DNA of 64,000 nt from Pseudomonadota bacterium (GCA_040752195.1 JBFMFC010000003.1:40110-104109); one strand, 5' to 3'; numbered from the stretch's first letter, positions 29,490 through 38,885 are shown. Numbers and translations are program-made. The notes: a model not told the origin generated them from the letters alone.

Positions 29490-30073
29490 AGCGTTGGTCG
29501 CGCCCTGCTGCGCTGTGCCGGCAGCGTGGCATCAGTCTGGTCGAGATCGCGGTCGTTCTCGCGATCCTCGCGCTGCTGCTGACGCGGGCCGTTCCGACAT
29601 ACTCGACATGGCTGCGCAACACGCAGATCCGGACGGCGGCCGAGTCGATGCAGAACGGGCTGCAGTTGGCGCGCGCCGAAGCGATCCGCCGCAACCGCAG
29701 CGTCCAGTTCGCGCTCGTCGACGCACCGGCCACCGGCTGGACGGTCGGCTGCGTCAACCCCGTCGACAGCGGCACGGCCGGCGTCGAGGATCCGGGCGAT
29801 TGCCTCGCGACGATCCAGGCGCGCGCGGCGGCCGACGGCAGCGAGCGCTCGACGGCGGCCGCCGTACCGGCGGGCGCGCGCGTCGTGACCTTCGATTCGA
29901 TCGGCCGCGTGCGCGCCAACGCCGACGCCTCGCCGACGCTCGCGCGCATCGACCTCACCGACCCCGATCTGGACCCGACGCAGGCGCGGCCGCTGCGGGT
30001 CACGATCGACGCCGGCGGCGGCGTCCGCATGTGCGACCCCGCACTGCCGCCGTCGGACCCGCGCGCCTGCTGA
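29486..30073 (+). CDS. fimT: FimT/GspH family minor pilin
   Basis: QRG|ISLVE, LQLARAEAIRRN, VTFDSIG, GGVRMCDP. Confidence 0.87.
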   Translation: MKRWSRPAALCRQRGISLVEIAVVLAILALLLTRAVPTYSTWLRNTQIRTAAESMQNGLQLARAEAIRRNRSVQFALVDAPATGWTVGCVNPVDSGTAGVEDPGDCLATIQARAAADGSERSTAAAVPAGARVVTFDSIGRVRANADASPTLARIDLTDPDLDPTQARPLRVTIDAGGGVRMCDPALPPSDPRAC

Positions 30074-30101
30074 AGCGCCACGCAAGCTCCGGAGTTAAAC
30101 G

Positions 30102-30503
30102 ATGCCGACGAAACGACTGCAGAAAGGACTCTCGCTGGTCGAGGTGCTGGTCGCGCTGACGATCTTCGCGTTCGGCGTGCTCGGACTGCTGGGCATGCAC
30201 GCGACGGCGCTCGCGACGTTCAGCGACGCCAAGTACCGCGCCGACGCGGCGCTGCTCGCCGACAGCCTGATCAACCAGATCTGGATCGATCGCGTCAACC
30301 TGCCCGCGTACGCGTACAGCGGCGGCAGCGGCGGCGCCGCGGTCAGCGCGTGGGTCACGAACGCCGTGAAGGCCGCGCTGCCCGCGGCCGATGCCGTCGT
30401 CGCGGTCGCCGGCTCCCGGGTCACCGTCACGATCACGTGGGTGCCGCCGGGCGCGGCTCAGCCGCGCAGCCACGTCGCGGTGGCCACGATCCAGGAGCCG
30501 TGA
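30102..30503 (+). CDS. pilV: type IV minor pilin PilV
   Basis: QKG|LSLVEVLVALTIFAFGVLGLLGM, VTVTITW. Confidence 0.87.
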   Translation: MPTKRLQKGLSLVEVLVALTIFAFGVLGLLGMHATALATFSDAKYRADAALLADSLINQIWIDRVNLPAYAYSGGSGGAAVSAWVTNAVKAALPAADAVVAVAGSRVTVTITWVPPGAAQPRSHVAVATIQEP

Positions 30504-30505
30504 GC

Positions 30506-31585
30506 ATGACGCTTCGCCGGCGCAAACAATCGGGCGTGTCGCTGATCGAGCTGCTGGTCGCGGTGACGATCGGGCTGTTCGCCACGCTGGCGATCACGCA
30601 GTCGTTCGCGATCTCGGAAGCGCATCGCCGCACGGCGACCAGCGGCGGCGACGCCACGTTCAACGGCGCGCTCGCGCAGTACACGATCCAGCGCGACGCC
30701 CGCATGGCCGGCTACGGCATCAACCATCCGGTGCTGCTCGGCTGCAAGATCCTCGCGTACGACGAAGGCGTGTCGCCGCCCCGCACCTTCAACTTCTTTC
30801 TCGCACCGGTCGTCATCACGCAGGGCGCCGGCACGGCGCCGGACGAGATCACGATCACCTACAGCAGCACCGACACGCTGCCGGCGCCGATCGAGCTGAC
30901 GCAGGACCTGCCGACGCCCGCGGCGAACTATCACGTCAAGAACGCCTTCGGTGTCGCCGCCGGCAACCTGCTCGTGTTGGCCGAGGGCGGTCTCGACTGC
31001 ACGCTGTCGGAGGCGACCAATACGCCGAGCCTCGCCGCGCCCGGCAACCAGGACATCATCATCCACAACAGCGGCAACTACACCGACGCTTACGGCAGGC
31101 GGGTCGCGGCGCGCTACAACAAGCCCGGCGGGCTGGGACCGAACTACACGAGGAACGCGATCCTCTACAACCTGGGCCCGGCGCCGATCGTCAGCCGCTA
31201 CTACGTCGCCGGCAACGAGCTGCGGGTCGACCAGCTGATCAGCAACACGACCGGCGCGCGGGTCGCGCCCGAGATCGTCCAGCTCCAGGCGCAGTACGGC
31301 CGCGACACCGACGGCGACGGCATCGTCGACACGTGGACCGAGGCGACGCCGGCCACGCCGGTCGAATGGTCGCGCACGCTGGCGCTGCGCTTCGCGATCG
31401 TCGCGCGTTCGGCGCTGCCCGAACGCGAACGAGACGCCGCCGGCGTGTGCACGACGACGACCGCCGCGCCGACCTGGGCCGGCGGAACGCTCGACGTGAC
31501 GACGCTGCCCGACTGGCGCTGCTACCGCTACCGCGTGTTCGAGTCGACGACGAGCCTGCGCAACCTGATCTGGAGGCCGGCATGA
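30506..31585 (+). CDS. pilW: type IV minor pilin PilW
   Basis: QSG|VSLIELLVA, IQRDARMAGY, LQAQYGRDTDGDGIVD, YRYRVF, LRN; start ATG 30506 (or GTG 30500). Confidence 0.87.
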   Translation: MTLRRRKQSGVSLIELLVAVTIGLFATLAITQSFAISEAHRRTATSGGDATFNGALAQYTIQRDARMAGYGINHPVLLGCKILAYDEGVSPPRTFNFFLAPVVITQGAGTAPDEITITYSSTDTLPAPIELTQDLPTPAANYHVKNAFGVAAGNLLVLAEGGLDCTLSEATNTPSLAAPGNQDIIIHNSGNYTDAYGRRVAARYNKPGGLGPNYTRNAILYNLGPAPIVSRYYVAGNELRVDQLISNTTGARVAPEIVQLQAQYGRDTDGDGIVDTWTEATPATPVEWSRTLALRFAIVARSALPERERDAAGVCTTTTAAPTWAGGTLDVTTLPDWRCYRYRVFESTTSLRNLIWRPA

Positions 31586-32163
31586 GCGGGGCGCCACGCG
31601 CATCGCGGCAGCGCGGCTATATGGTGCCGGTGGTGCTGGTCGCGCTGGTGGCGATGCTGGTCTCCGGCATCGCGCTGGTGCGTTCGATGGACACCAACAC
31701 GCTGATCACCGGCAACCTGGCGTTCCGCAACGCGACCGTTCACTCGGCCGACGTCGGCGTACAGAGCGCGGTCGCGTGGCTGACCGCGAATGCGGGATCG
31801 GCGGTGCTGAACTCGAACGCGCCCGCGAGCGGTTACTACGCCGTGGCGATCGAACCGAACTGGGACGACAGCGCCTACTGGGCGCAGTGCGCGAGCTGCA
31901 CCGTGACGCCGGCCGCCGGCGACGCGGCGGGCAACACGATCAGCTGGGTCGTGCATCGAATGTGCACGGCGCAGCTCGACCCGAACGACCCGAACAACCT
32001 GTGTTCGCGGCTCAGCGCGAGTTCGCCCGGCGCGAGCGGCGGCAGCTTTTCCAGCGATGCGACGAACTTCAGCGGCACGGCCCAGCACTACTACCGGGTC
32101 ACGGTGCGCGTGCTGGGGCCGCGCAACACGAGCACGCTGGCGCAGAGCTTCGTGGTGCTGTGA
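31582..32163 (+). CDS. pilX: type IV minor pilin PilX
   Basis: QRG|YMVPV (no Glu5, typical of PilX), ITGNLAFR, YYRVTVRVLGPRNT; start ATG 31582 overlaps the pilW stop. Confidence 0.85.
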   Translation: MSGAPRASRQRGYMVPVVLVALVAMLVSGIALVRSMDTNTLITGNLAFRNATVHSADVGVQSAVAWLTANAGSAVLNSNAPASGYYAVAIEPNWDDSAYWAQCASCTVTPAAGDAAGNTISWVVHRMCTAQLDPNDPNNLCSRLSASSPGASGGSFSSDATNFSGTAQHYYRVTVRVLGPRNTSTLAQSFVVL

Positions 32164-32173
32164 GGTGAACGCC

Positions 32174-35100
32174 ATGCCGAGTCGTTCAAGCGCAACGGTT
32201 GTCGCAGCGGTGCTGCTGCTGTCTGCATCGGCCGCAGCGGCGGCGACGACGGACATCGCAACGGATCCGCTGGCGCGCTCGCAGTCGAGCAGCGTCAAGC
32301 CGAACGTGATGCTGATCGTCGACGATTCGGGCAGCATGGGCTGGCGGCACATGCCCGACTACGTCAACGACACCAACGTCGACAAGCCACGCTGCAGCGA
32401 CTCGACGTGCAGTTCGACCACGTCGACCGGCGTCGAAGGCAATCCGCCCTGGTACGCGTCCGGATTCAACCGCCTCTACTACGACCCGCAGGTCACCTAC
32501 AGCCCGGCGGTCGACGCGACCGGCGCGTCGATGCCCAGCTACGGCGCGCCGTGGACGGCGGTCCCGGTCAACGCGTACGAGACGCCGTCCGCGACGATCA
32601 ACCTCGCGAGCGCGTACCCGGAACTGGTCTACTGCAAGAACGCCAACGACGATCCTTCGTCGGCCAACTGCCGGCGCAACGGCATCGACACGGCCAACCC
32701 GTTCCTCTACAACACGGCTTCCGCGGCCAACGGCTATCCCGATTCGACCGCCAGCGGCGGCTACCGCTTCCCGGTCACGCGGCTCGGCAGCCCCTACTAC
32801 TTCGACATCGTTCCGGTCGAATACTGCAGCGACGAGCGGCTGACGAGTTGCGTCCTTGCGTCCGCTCCGTCCGCGGCGTACCCCTACCCGGCGCCGGTGC
32901 GCTTCTGCCAGAGCGCCTCCGACGCGAGCAGTGCGTCGGCCGTCAGCGGCAACGTTGGCGGTTCGCCGCGCTGCCAGGAGAAGTACGACAGCGCGCACAC
33001 GCGGCCCCGCTACGGCAAGTTCCAGCGCGTCGACATCAAGCCAACCGTTTCCACGTACGGCAACCGGCCGAACCGCACCGACTGCGCTGCGCGGCCCGTC
33101 TGCACCTATGCCGAGGAGATGACCAACTTCGCCAACTGGTATGCGTACTACAGCACCCGGCTGCAGACGATGAAGACCGGCGTGGGCCAGGCGTTCAAGT
33201 CGATCGACGGCCGCTACCGCGTCGGCGCGATCACGATCAGCCCGGGCACGCGCGTCAAGGGATCGAACTACGTGCCGATCGACACGTTCGACGGCATGCA
33301 GCGCGTCGACTGGTACAAGACCTTCTACAAGATGGCGCCGTCCGGCTACACGCCGCTGCGCGAAGCGCTGTCGCGCGTCGGACGCCACTTCGCCGGGATC
33401 ACGTCGGGCATCAACGACGGGATGAACGAGGATCCGGTGCAGTACTCGTGCCAGCCGAACATCGCGCTGCTGACGACCGACGGCTACTGGAACAACAACG
33501 CCGGGCAGCGTCTCGACGGATCGCCGATCGGCAACGTCGACAACGTCGACAGCGGCTACTCGACGCGCGCGTACGGCGCGTACGACGGCGGCAGCGCCAC
33601 CAACGCGAGCGACACCCTCGCCGACGTGGCGCTGTACTACTACCAGACGGACCTGCGCCCGGCCGGGGCGAAGGGCGCACTCGGCACCGACGTCAGCGCC
33701 AACAACGTGCCGACGACGACGAAGGACACGAACCCGGCCCAGCACATGGTCACGTTCACCGTCGGCCTCGGCGTGGACGGGATCATGAAGTACCGGCCCG
33801 ACTACGAGACGGCGACGGTCGGCGACTTCTACAACATCAAGAGCGGCAACAACACGTGCCCGTGGACGAACGGCACCTGCAACTGGCCGAAGCCCGCCGC
33901 CAACAGTCCGACCGCGATCGACGACCTGTGGCACGCCGCCGTCAACGGCCGCGGCCGTTACGTCAACGCGCAGGACGCCCGTTCGCTGTACCAGGGCATC
34001 GCCAGCGCGCTCGCCGAGATCAAGACGGTGACGGGCGCCGCGGCGGCGTCGGCGACCAGCAGCCCGAACGTCAGCTCGACCGACAACGCGATCTTCAGCT
34101 CGACCTATCGCACCGTGAAGTGGGACGGCGAGCTGGTCAAGCAGTCGATCGACATCATCACCGGCAAGGTCCTGCCGACGGTCGTCTGGTCGGCGGCGAC
34201 GCAACTGAACGCTGCGGTGGGGCCGGCGAGCGACAGCCGCACGATCTACACCAACGTCGGCGGCGCGCTCAAACCGTTCGCCTACGCCGATCTCGACGCG
34301 GGCGCGCGCGCGTACTTCGACAACCAGTGCGCGAAACTCTCGCACTGCGCCTCCCTCGCGGCGTCCGACGCAGCGATCGCCAACAGCGGCACAGCGCTCG
34401 TCAACTATCTGCGCGGCCAGCGCGGCAACGAAAACGGCGCCTTCCGGCTGCGCGAGTTCGTGCTCGGCGATCTGGTCGGGTCGCGCCCGGCTTTCGTCCG
34501 CGAGCCGCGCCGCAACTACGGCGACGGTGTGACGCCTTCGTACTTCGACTTCAAGAACGCGAACAAGTCGCGCCAGGCGGTGATCTACGTCGGCGGCAAC
34601 GACGGCATGCTGCACGCGTTCGACGCGGCCACCGGCGCCGAGTTGTGGGCGTTCGTGCCGCGCACGGTGCTGCCGCGACTGCACAGGCTCGCCGACAAGG
34701 CTTACGGCAACGCGCACGAGTTCTTCGCCGACGGCACACCGGCGATCGCCGACGCGTACTTCGGCGGCACCTGGCACACGGTCCTGGTCGCCGGGTTCAA
34801 CGCCGGCGGCCGCGGCTACTACGCCCTCGACGTCACGGTGCCGACGGCGCCCAAGCTGCTGTGGGAGATCTGCGCCGACTCGGCGCTGTGCGTCAACAGC
34901 GAACCCAACCTCGGACTGTCGTTCGGCAACCCGGTCGTGACCAAGCGCGCGTCCGACGGCAAGTGGGTCGCGCTGCTGACCTCGGGCTACAACAACGTGA
35001 CGCCCGGCGACGGCCAGGGCTGGCTGTTCGTCGTCGATCTGGCCACCGGTTCGGTGCTGAACCGCGTGTCGACGGGCGTGGGCTCGACGGCGACGCCGTC

Positions 35101-35908
35101 GGGCTTCGCGCGCATCTCGGCGTACGCGAACAATCCCGACACCGACAACACGTCGACCTACGTGTACGGCGGCGATCTGCAGGGCAACGTCTGGCGCTTC
35201 GACCTGTCGCAGTCACCGCCCGCGCTGCTGAAGATGGCGACACTGCGCGACGCCGCCGGCAAGCCGCAGCCGGTGACCACGCGGCCGGAGCTCGGGCAGA
35301 TCAACGGTCAGCGGATCGTCTACGTCGGCACCGGGCGCTATCTCGGTGTCACCGACCTCGCGGACCCGGCGACGCTGACGCCGCCGGGCGGCTGGTCGTA
35401 CCTGAGCGCGATCTACGCGCTGAAGGACAGCGGCACGAGCCTCGGCGATCCGCGCGCCACCGGCAAGCTGGTCGCGCAGACGATCTCCACGCTCAACGCC
35501 ACGCAGCGCACGGTCACGAGCAACGCCGTCGACTGGGGTTTGAAGGACGGATGGGTCGCCGACTTCCCGACGCCGGGCGAACGCGTCAACCTGGACCCGC
35601 AGCTCGTGCTGGGAACGCTGGTCGTCACGACCAACATTCCCGACCAGGATGCGTGCACGGCAGGCGGAACGAGCTGGATCTACCAGTTCGACGCGCGCAC
35701 CGGTTCGGCGGTCAGCAGCGCCGGCGCGGTGGTGGGCGAGCTGCGTTCCGACACGTTGACGGTCGGCAACACCGTCGTACGGCTGCCGGACGGTTCGATG
35801 AAGCTCATCACCACCGGCGCATCGGGGCAGAAGGACACGCTGGCGCTGCGCATCGGCGCCGGCTCCACGTCCGCGCGCCGCATCTCCTGGCGCGAATTGG
35901 CGCGCTGA
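32174..35908 (+). CDS. pilY1: type IV pilus tip adhesin PilY1/PilC
   Basis: Signal peptide, vWA-like VMLIVDDSGSM, GYTPLREAL, DLWHAAVNGRG, YVGGNDGMLHAF, YGGDLQGNVWRFD, RISWREL C-terminus; start ATG 32174. Confidence 0.92.
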   Translation: MPSRSSATVVAAVLLLSASAAAAATTDIATDPLARSQSSSVKPNVMLIVDDSGSMGWRHMPDYVNDTNVDKPRCSDSTCSSTTSTGVEGNPPWYASGFNRLYYDPQVTYSPAVDATGASMPSYGAPWTAVPVNAYETPSATINLASAYPELVYCKNANDDPSSANCRRNGIDTANPFLYNTASAANGYPDSTASGGYRFPVTRLGSPYYFDIVPVEYCSDERLTSCVLASAPSAAYPYPAPVRFCQSASDASSASAVSGNVGGSPRCQEKYDSAHTRPRYGKFQRVDIKPTVSTYGNRPNRTDCAARPVCTYAEEMTNFANWYAYYSTRLQTMKTGVGQAFKSIDGRYRVGAITISPGTRVKGSNYVPIDTFDGMQRVDWYKTFYKMAPSGYTPLREALSRVGRHFAGITSGINDGMNEDPVQYSCQPNIALLTTDGYWNNNAGQRLDGSPIGNVDNVDSGYSTRAYGAYDGGSATNASDTLADVALYYYQTDLRPAGAKGALGTDVSANNVPTTTKDTNPAQHMVTFTVGLGVDGIMKYRPDYETATVGDFYNIKSGNNTCPWTNGTCNWPKPAANSPTAIDDLWHAAVNGRGRYVNAQDARSLYQGIASALAEIKTVTGAAAASATSSPNVSSTDNAIFSSTYRTVKWDGELVKQSIDIITGKVLPTVVWSAATQLNAAVGPASDSRTIYTNVGGALKPFAYADLDAGARAYFDNQCAKLSHCASLAASDAAIANSGTALVNYLRGQRGNENGAFRLREFVLGDLVGSRPAFVREPRRNYGDGVTPSYFDFKNANKSRQAVIYVGGNDGMLHAFDAATGAELWAFVPRTVLPRLHRLADKAYGNAHEFFADGTPAIADAYFGGTWHTVLVAGFNAGGRGYYALDVTVPTAPKLLWEICADSALCVNSEPNLGLSFGNPVVTKRASDGKWVALLTSGYNNVTPGDGQGWLFVVDLATGSVLNRVSTGVGSTATPSGFARISAYANNPDTDNTSTYVYGGDLQGNVWRFDLSQSPPALLKMATLRDAAGKPQPVTTRPELGQINGQRIVYVGTGRYLGVTDLADPATLTPPGGWSYLSAIYALKDSGTSLGDPRATGKLVAQTISTLNATQRTVTSNAVDWGLKDGWVADFPTPGERVNLDPQLVLGTLVVTTNIPDQDACTAGGTSWIYQFDARTGSAVSSAGAVVGELRSDTLTVGNTVVRLPDGSMKLITTGASGQKDTLALRIGAGSTSARRISWRELAR

Positions 35909-35944
35909 GCGCGTCCCTCGCCCGAACGGCGCGGCCCCCGCCGC

Positions 35945-36495
35945 GCAGTCCTGCGCGCCGAGCGCCTGCTGGCGCTGTATCGCACGATGGCGCGCATCCG
36001 CGCGTTCGAAGACGCTGCCGACGAGGCAAGCCGGGGCGGCGTCCAGGTCTGGGGCATGGAGGCGTCCAACACGCCCGCGCGCGTGCGCGGGCCGCTGCAC
36101 CTTTCGACCGGGCAGGAAGCGGTTGCCGCCGGCGTGTGCATCCACCTGCAGCACGAGGACCTGCTCACCTCCACGCATCGCGGACACGGCCACACGCTCG
36201 CCAAGGGCGCGGACACGACGCGCATGATGTGCGAGCTGTTCGGCCGCGCCACCGGCTACAACAAGGGCAAGGCGGGTCGATGCGCATCGCCAACTTCACG
36301 GTCGGCATGCTCGGCGCCAACGGTGTCGTCGCCGCCGGCATCCTGATCGCCAGCGGCGCGGCGCACGCGCTGAAGATCCAACGGCGGCCGCACATCGTCG
36401 CCTGCTTCCTCGGCGACGGCGCGATCAACCGCGGGCCGTTCCTCGAAGGGCTGAACTGGGCGCAGGTGGTCGGGCCGCCGGTGCCGTTCGTCTGC
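35945..36495 (+). pseudogene. acoA: truncated, frameshifted TPP-dependent dehydrogenase E1 alpha (acoA-like)
   Basis: LLALYRTMARIRAFE, LHLSTGQEAV, STHRGHGH; 1-nt deletion at about 36271 in GKGGSM; then GANGVVAAG, GDGAINRG..LEGLNWA; ends at FVC. No in-frame ATG/GTG before the first conserved helix. Confidence 0.85.
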
Positions 36496-36846
36496 GCGGT
36501 CGGCCGGAAGTTCGTGACGATGTGGGGCTACGTCGCCGACCCGCTGATCTTCGTCGTGAACAAGGAGGTCTGGGAGCGCTGGACGCCGGCGGACCGCGAG
36601 ATCGTGCGGCAGGCCGCGATCGACGCCGGCAAGCAGGAGATCGCGATCGCGCGCAAGGGGCTCGACGAGCCAGGGCAGCCGTTGCTGAAGGAAATCGAGG
36701 CCCTCGGCGTCAAGGTCACGCAGCTCACGCCGGCCGAGCGCGAGCAGTTCGTCAAGGCCACGCGAGCGGTCTACGAGCAGTGGAAGAAGCAGATCGGCGC
36801 GGACCTCGTGACCCGCGCCGAGCGGTCGATCGCAGCGCGCAAGTAG
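36496..36846 (+). pseudogene. 3' fragment of a DctP TRAP binding protein fused in frame to the acoA remnant
   Basis: VGRKFVTMWGYVADPLIFVVNKEVW..WTPADREIVRQAA...GVKVTQLTPAEREQF...IGADLV resembles a DctP C-terminus. Confidence 0.75.
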
Positions 36847-36866
36847 TCGTCGCGTCGTTCACGCGC

Positions 36867-36909
36867 AAACGCCGCGCGGCCCTGTCGGGCGCGCGGCGTT
36901 TTGCTTCTT
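36867..36909 (+). terminator. intrinsic terminator (possibly bidirectional)
   Basis: AAACGCCGCGC-(G)GCCC-TGTC-GGGC-GCGCGGCGTTT followed by TGCTTCTT, between convergent genes. Confidence 0.7.
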
Positions 36910-36917
36910 GCTACGGC

Positions 36918-37355
36918 TCAGTGCGTGATCACCACCAAGACATTGCAGTGCGCCCGCTCGATCAGTGCCGGCGACTGCGAGCCGCGCCACCAGCGCGCGG
37001 CCCAGCCCTCCAGGTGCTTGTGGCCGACGACGATCAGATCGGCGCCGATGTCGCGCGCGTATCGGGTGATCGTCTCGACCTGGTCGCCGACCAGCACTTC
37101 GCCGCGCGCCGGATAGCCGGCCTCCTTCAGCCGGCGCAAGCCGTCGGCCAGGATCGCCTCGTAGCGCTTGCGCTCCTCGGCCTCCATCTCGGCGTCATAG
37201 AACGCGCCCTCGATCGCCACCAGCGGCGCCGCCGGCGGCATCACGGCGACCAGATGCAGCTCCGCGTGGCTCCACTGCGCGATGTCGAGCGCGTCGAGCA
37301 GCGCCTTCTGCCCGGCCTCCGAGCCGTCGTAGGCCAACAGCACGCGTTTGTACAT
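36918..37355 (-). CDS. universal stress protein (UspA family)
   Basis: MYKRVLLAYDGS, ADLIVVGH, GS...LIERAHCNVLVV; own RBS GGGAGG; start trimmed to ATG 37355. Confidence 0.93.
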   Translation of the reverse strand: MYKRVLLAYDGSEAGQKALLDALDIAQWSHAELHLVAVMPPAAPLVAIEGAFYDAEMEAEERKRYEAILADGLRRLKEAGYPARGEVLVGDQVETITRYARDIGADLIVVGHKHLEGWAARWWRGSQSPALIERAHCNVLVVITH

Positions 37356-37918
37356 GGCGCACCTCCCGCGATGGTGTTCGAGCGCGACAAGTCTGGCGCA
37401 AGCGGCGGGCGGGCGCCAGCGGGGCGGCGCCCGCACCCGGCTGCTCGCACGACAACACAGCCCCGCCTCGGCACTGTCCGACAGACTGCGGCGCATCTGC
37501 CTCGCGGCGCTGCGCGAGGCGCCGATAGCCGCGCCGCGCGCGTGTACAGAAGACTCAGCCGCGAAACGTCTGTGCGGCCGGCCTGACCACGCACTGCACG
37601 GCTCGACTTCGCCTGAGCCTCGCACCGAGACTGACGGCCGCATCATGGCACCGAGCGCCCGTGCTGCACCGCTTGACACCGACAACTCCTCCAGCGACTT
37701 CACGTCCGGCGTTTGTCGCGATTGGCCCTCGGCGCGCAGATTCCATGTCTGCGCGGACCGCCGCCAGTCCACGTCAGATGCCGGATACGCGACGGCACGC
37801 TTGCCCAGAGCGTCAGACCGGTCGATCAGTCAGCTTGCGTTGCGGGGCGTCCATATCCGAAGCGTTGGAACGCCCGCCATCTTGACGTACGCGCGGGTTG
37901 TCGATGCGCGACATCAAG

Positions 37919-38179
37919 GCGGTGCTGGGCGCTTGCGGGATCGACGCAGGCGGCGCCAAGCATCTGCCGGGCCTGCGGCCCGGGACCCACGAAGGCGCCG
38001 AACCAACCGTGCCGCGACTTTCCGACCCTCTGCAGGGGCTGAACGCGCGCGGCCTGACCGATCCGCTGCGAGTAGCCGCTGATGGGGCGCCGGGGCTGAT
38101 CCCCGCGGCGCAGGAAGCGCTTCGGCGTTCGTCGCGGCGACGCTGTCTGGCGCACAAGCCGCGCAAACCGCAGGCCAAA
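37919..38179 (+). mobile_element. decayed IS256 (Mutator-like) transposase fragment
   Basis: AVLGACGIDAGGAKHLPGL, L.ARGL.DPL.VAADGAPGL..A and RCLAHK match the IS256 central region (second catalytic Asp and CxxH motif); N- and C-terminal parts missing. Confidence 0.7.
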
Positions 38180-38212
38180 GGACGGCCAGCGGAAAACCTG
38201 ATTCGTCATGTC

Positions 38213-38275
38213 GCCGAACGCGCGCCCTACCCGGCGCGCCGCCCAAGTGCGTCCGCGTTGACCGCGTTGCCATGC
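38213..38275 (-). other. degenerate attC-like site downstream of the DUF2306 gene
   Basis: Minus strand GCATGGC-AACGC-GGTCAAC-GCGGACGC...GCGCGCC-GGGTAGG-GCGCGC-GTTCGGC, 63 bp; attC-like layout with substituted core boxes. Confidence 0.45.
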
Positions 38276-38865
38276 GCGGTGTTGTACAGCCACTCGGCGA
38301 GCGCCAGGTTGGGCGCCCAACACAGCCATGCAATGATGGGATAGGCCACCGAAAACTCGACGCCGGCGGCCATGGAGGCCGGCAGGTAGAGGCGCAACGT
38401 TACCGCGGCAAACGTAAGAGAGAAGTTTCGTACCATCCACTTCCGATGTTCCGCGATAGCACCCCGGCGGATAGCGAGGTAGGCGCGCAAGCCGGTGTAG
38501 AGCCAGAGCACCGCAAGCGCGGCAAAGCCAAGCCGGGCCACCGAACCGCCGAACGCGTACTGGGACATGTAAAGGCCTGATAGGCCGCCGACAAGGACGC
38601 CCACTGCCAGATAGGTACGACCGAGCCAACGGTGCACGTTGACGTTGTTCTGCCTGAGACGCATAGAAAACTGGAACGGGCCGACGGTCAAAGCGACTAT
38701 GGAAGCGAAGGCGTGCGTATAGATGCCGGTGGAATGCGCCAGAAAGTTCGCCTTCATGTCAGGATGCACGAGCGATCCCAACGGCAGAAAGCCATAGGCG
38801 ATCGCCGCATACGCGGCGACGCCGAGTGTGAGCAGGTAGAGCAAGCCATTGCCGATCGAACGCAT
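38227..38865 (-). CDS. DUF2306-like predicted membrane protein
   Basis: HAFASIVAL..GPFQF, HRWLGRTY, HRKWM.R.F..TFAAVTLR; visibly more A/T-rich than its neighbours; start ATG 38865. Confidence 0.82.
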   Translation of the reverse strand: MRSIGNGLLYLLTLGVAAYAAIAYGFLPLGSLVHPDMKANFLAHSTGIYTHAFASIVALTVGPFQFSMRLRQNNVNVHRWLGRTYLAVGVLVGGLSGLYMSQYAFGGSVARLGFAALAVLWLYTGLRAYLAIRRGAIAEHRKWMVRNFSLTFAAVTLRLYLPASMAAGVEFSVAYPIIAWLCWAPNLALAEWLYNTAHGNAVNADALGRRAG

Positions 38866-38885
38866 AGGGGTTCCTTGAGTCGATC

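Noticed and set aside
32407-36279. 1479-aa ORF that seems to join pilY1-region sequence to acoA/dctP
   Set aside because: Up to 36279 it is an off-frame shadow of pilY1 and the acoA 5' part; only the portion after the frameshift is meaningful.
37368-37380. Fluoride-riboswitch-like GCGATGGTGTTCG near the usp gene
   Set aside because: It is on the strand opposite to usp, and the downstream conserved pseudoknot elements are absent.
37580-37590. Third copy of the GntR operator (GTGGTCAGGCC on the minus strand)
   Set aside because: Only the GC-rich 11-bp core matches. The A/T flanks are missing and no cluster promoter is nearby, so it is probably chance.
37356-37772. N-terminal extension of the Usp ORF, or a yybP-ykoY-like leader RNA
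   Set aside because: Usp has its own RBS at 37355 and the extension has no motifs. Riboswitch consensus elements match only loosely (AGGAGTTG, GGCGAAGTC). An Rfam scan would settle it.
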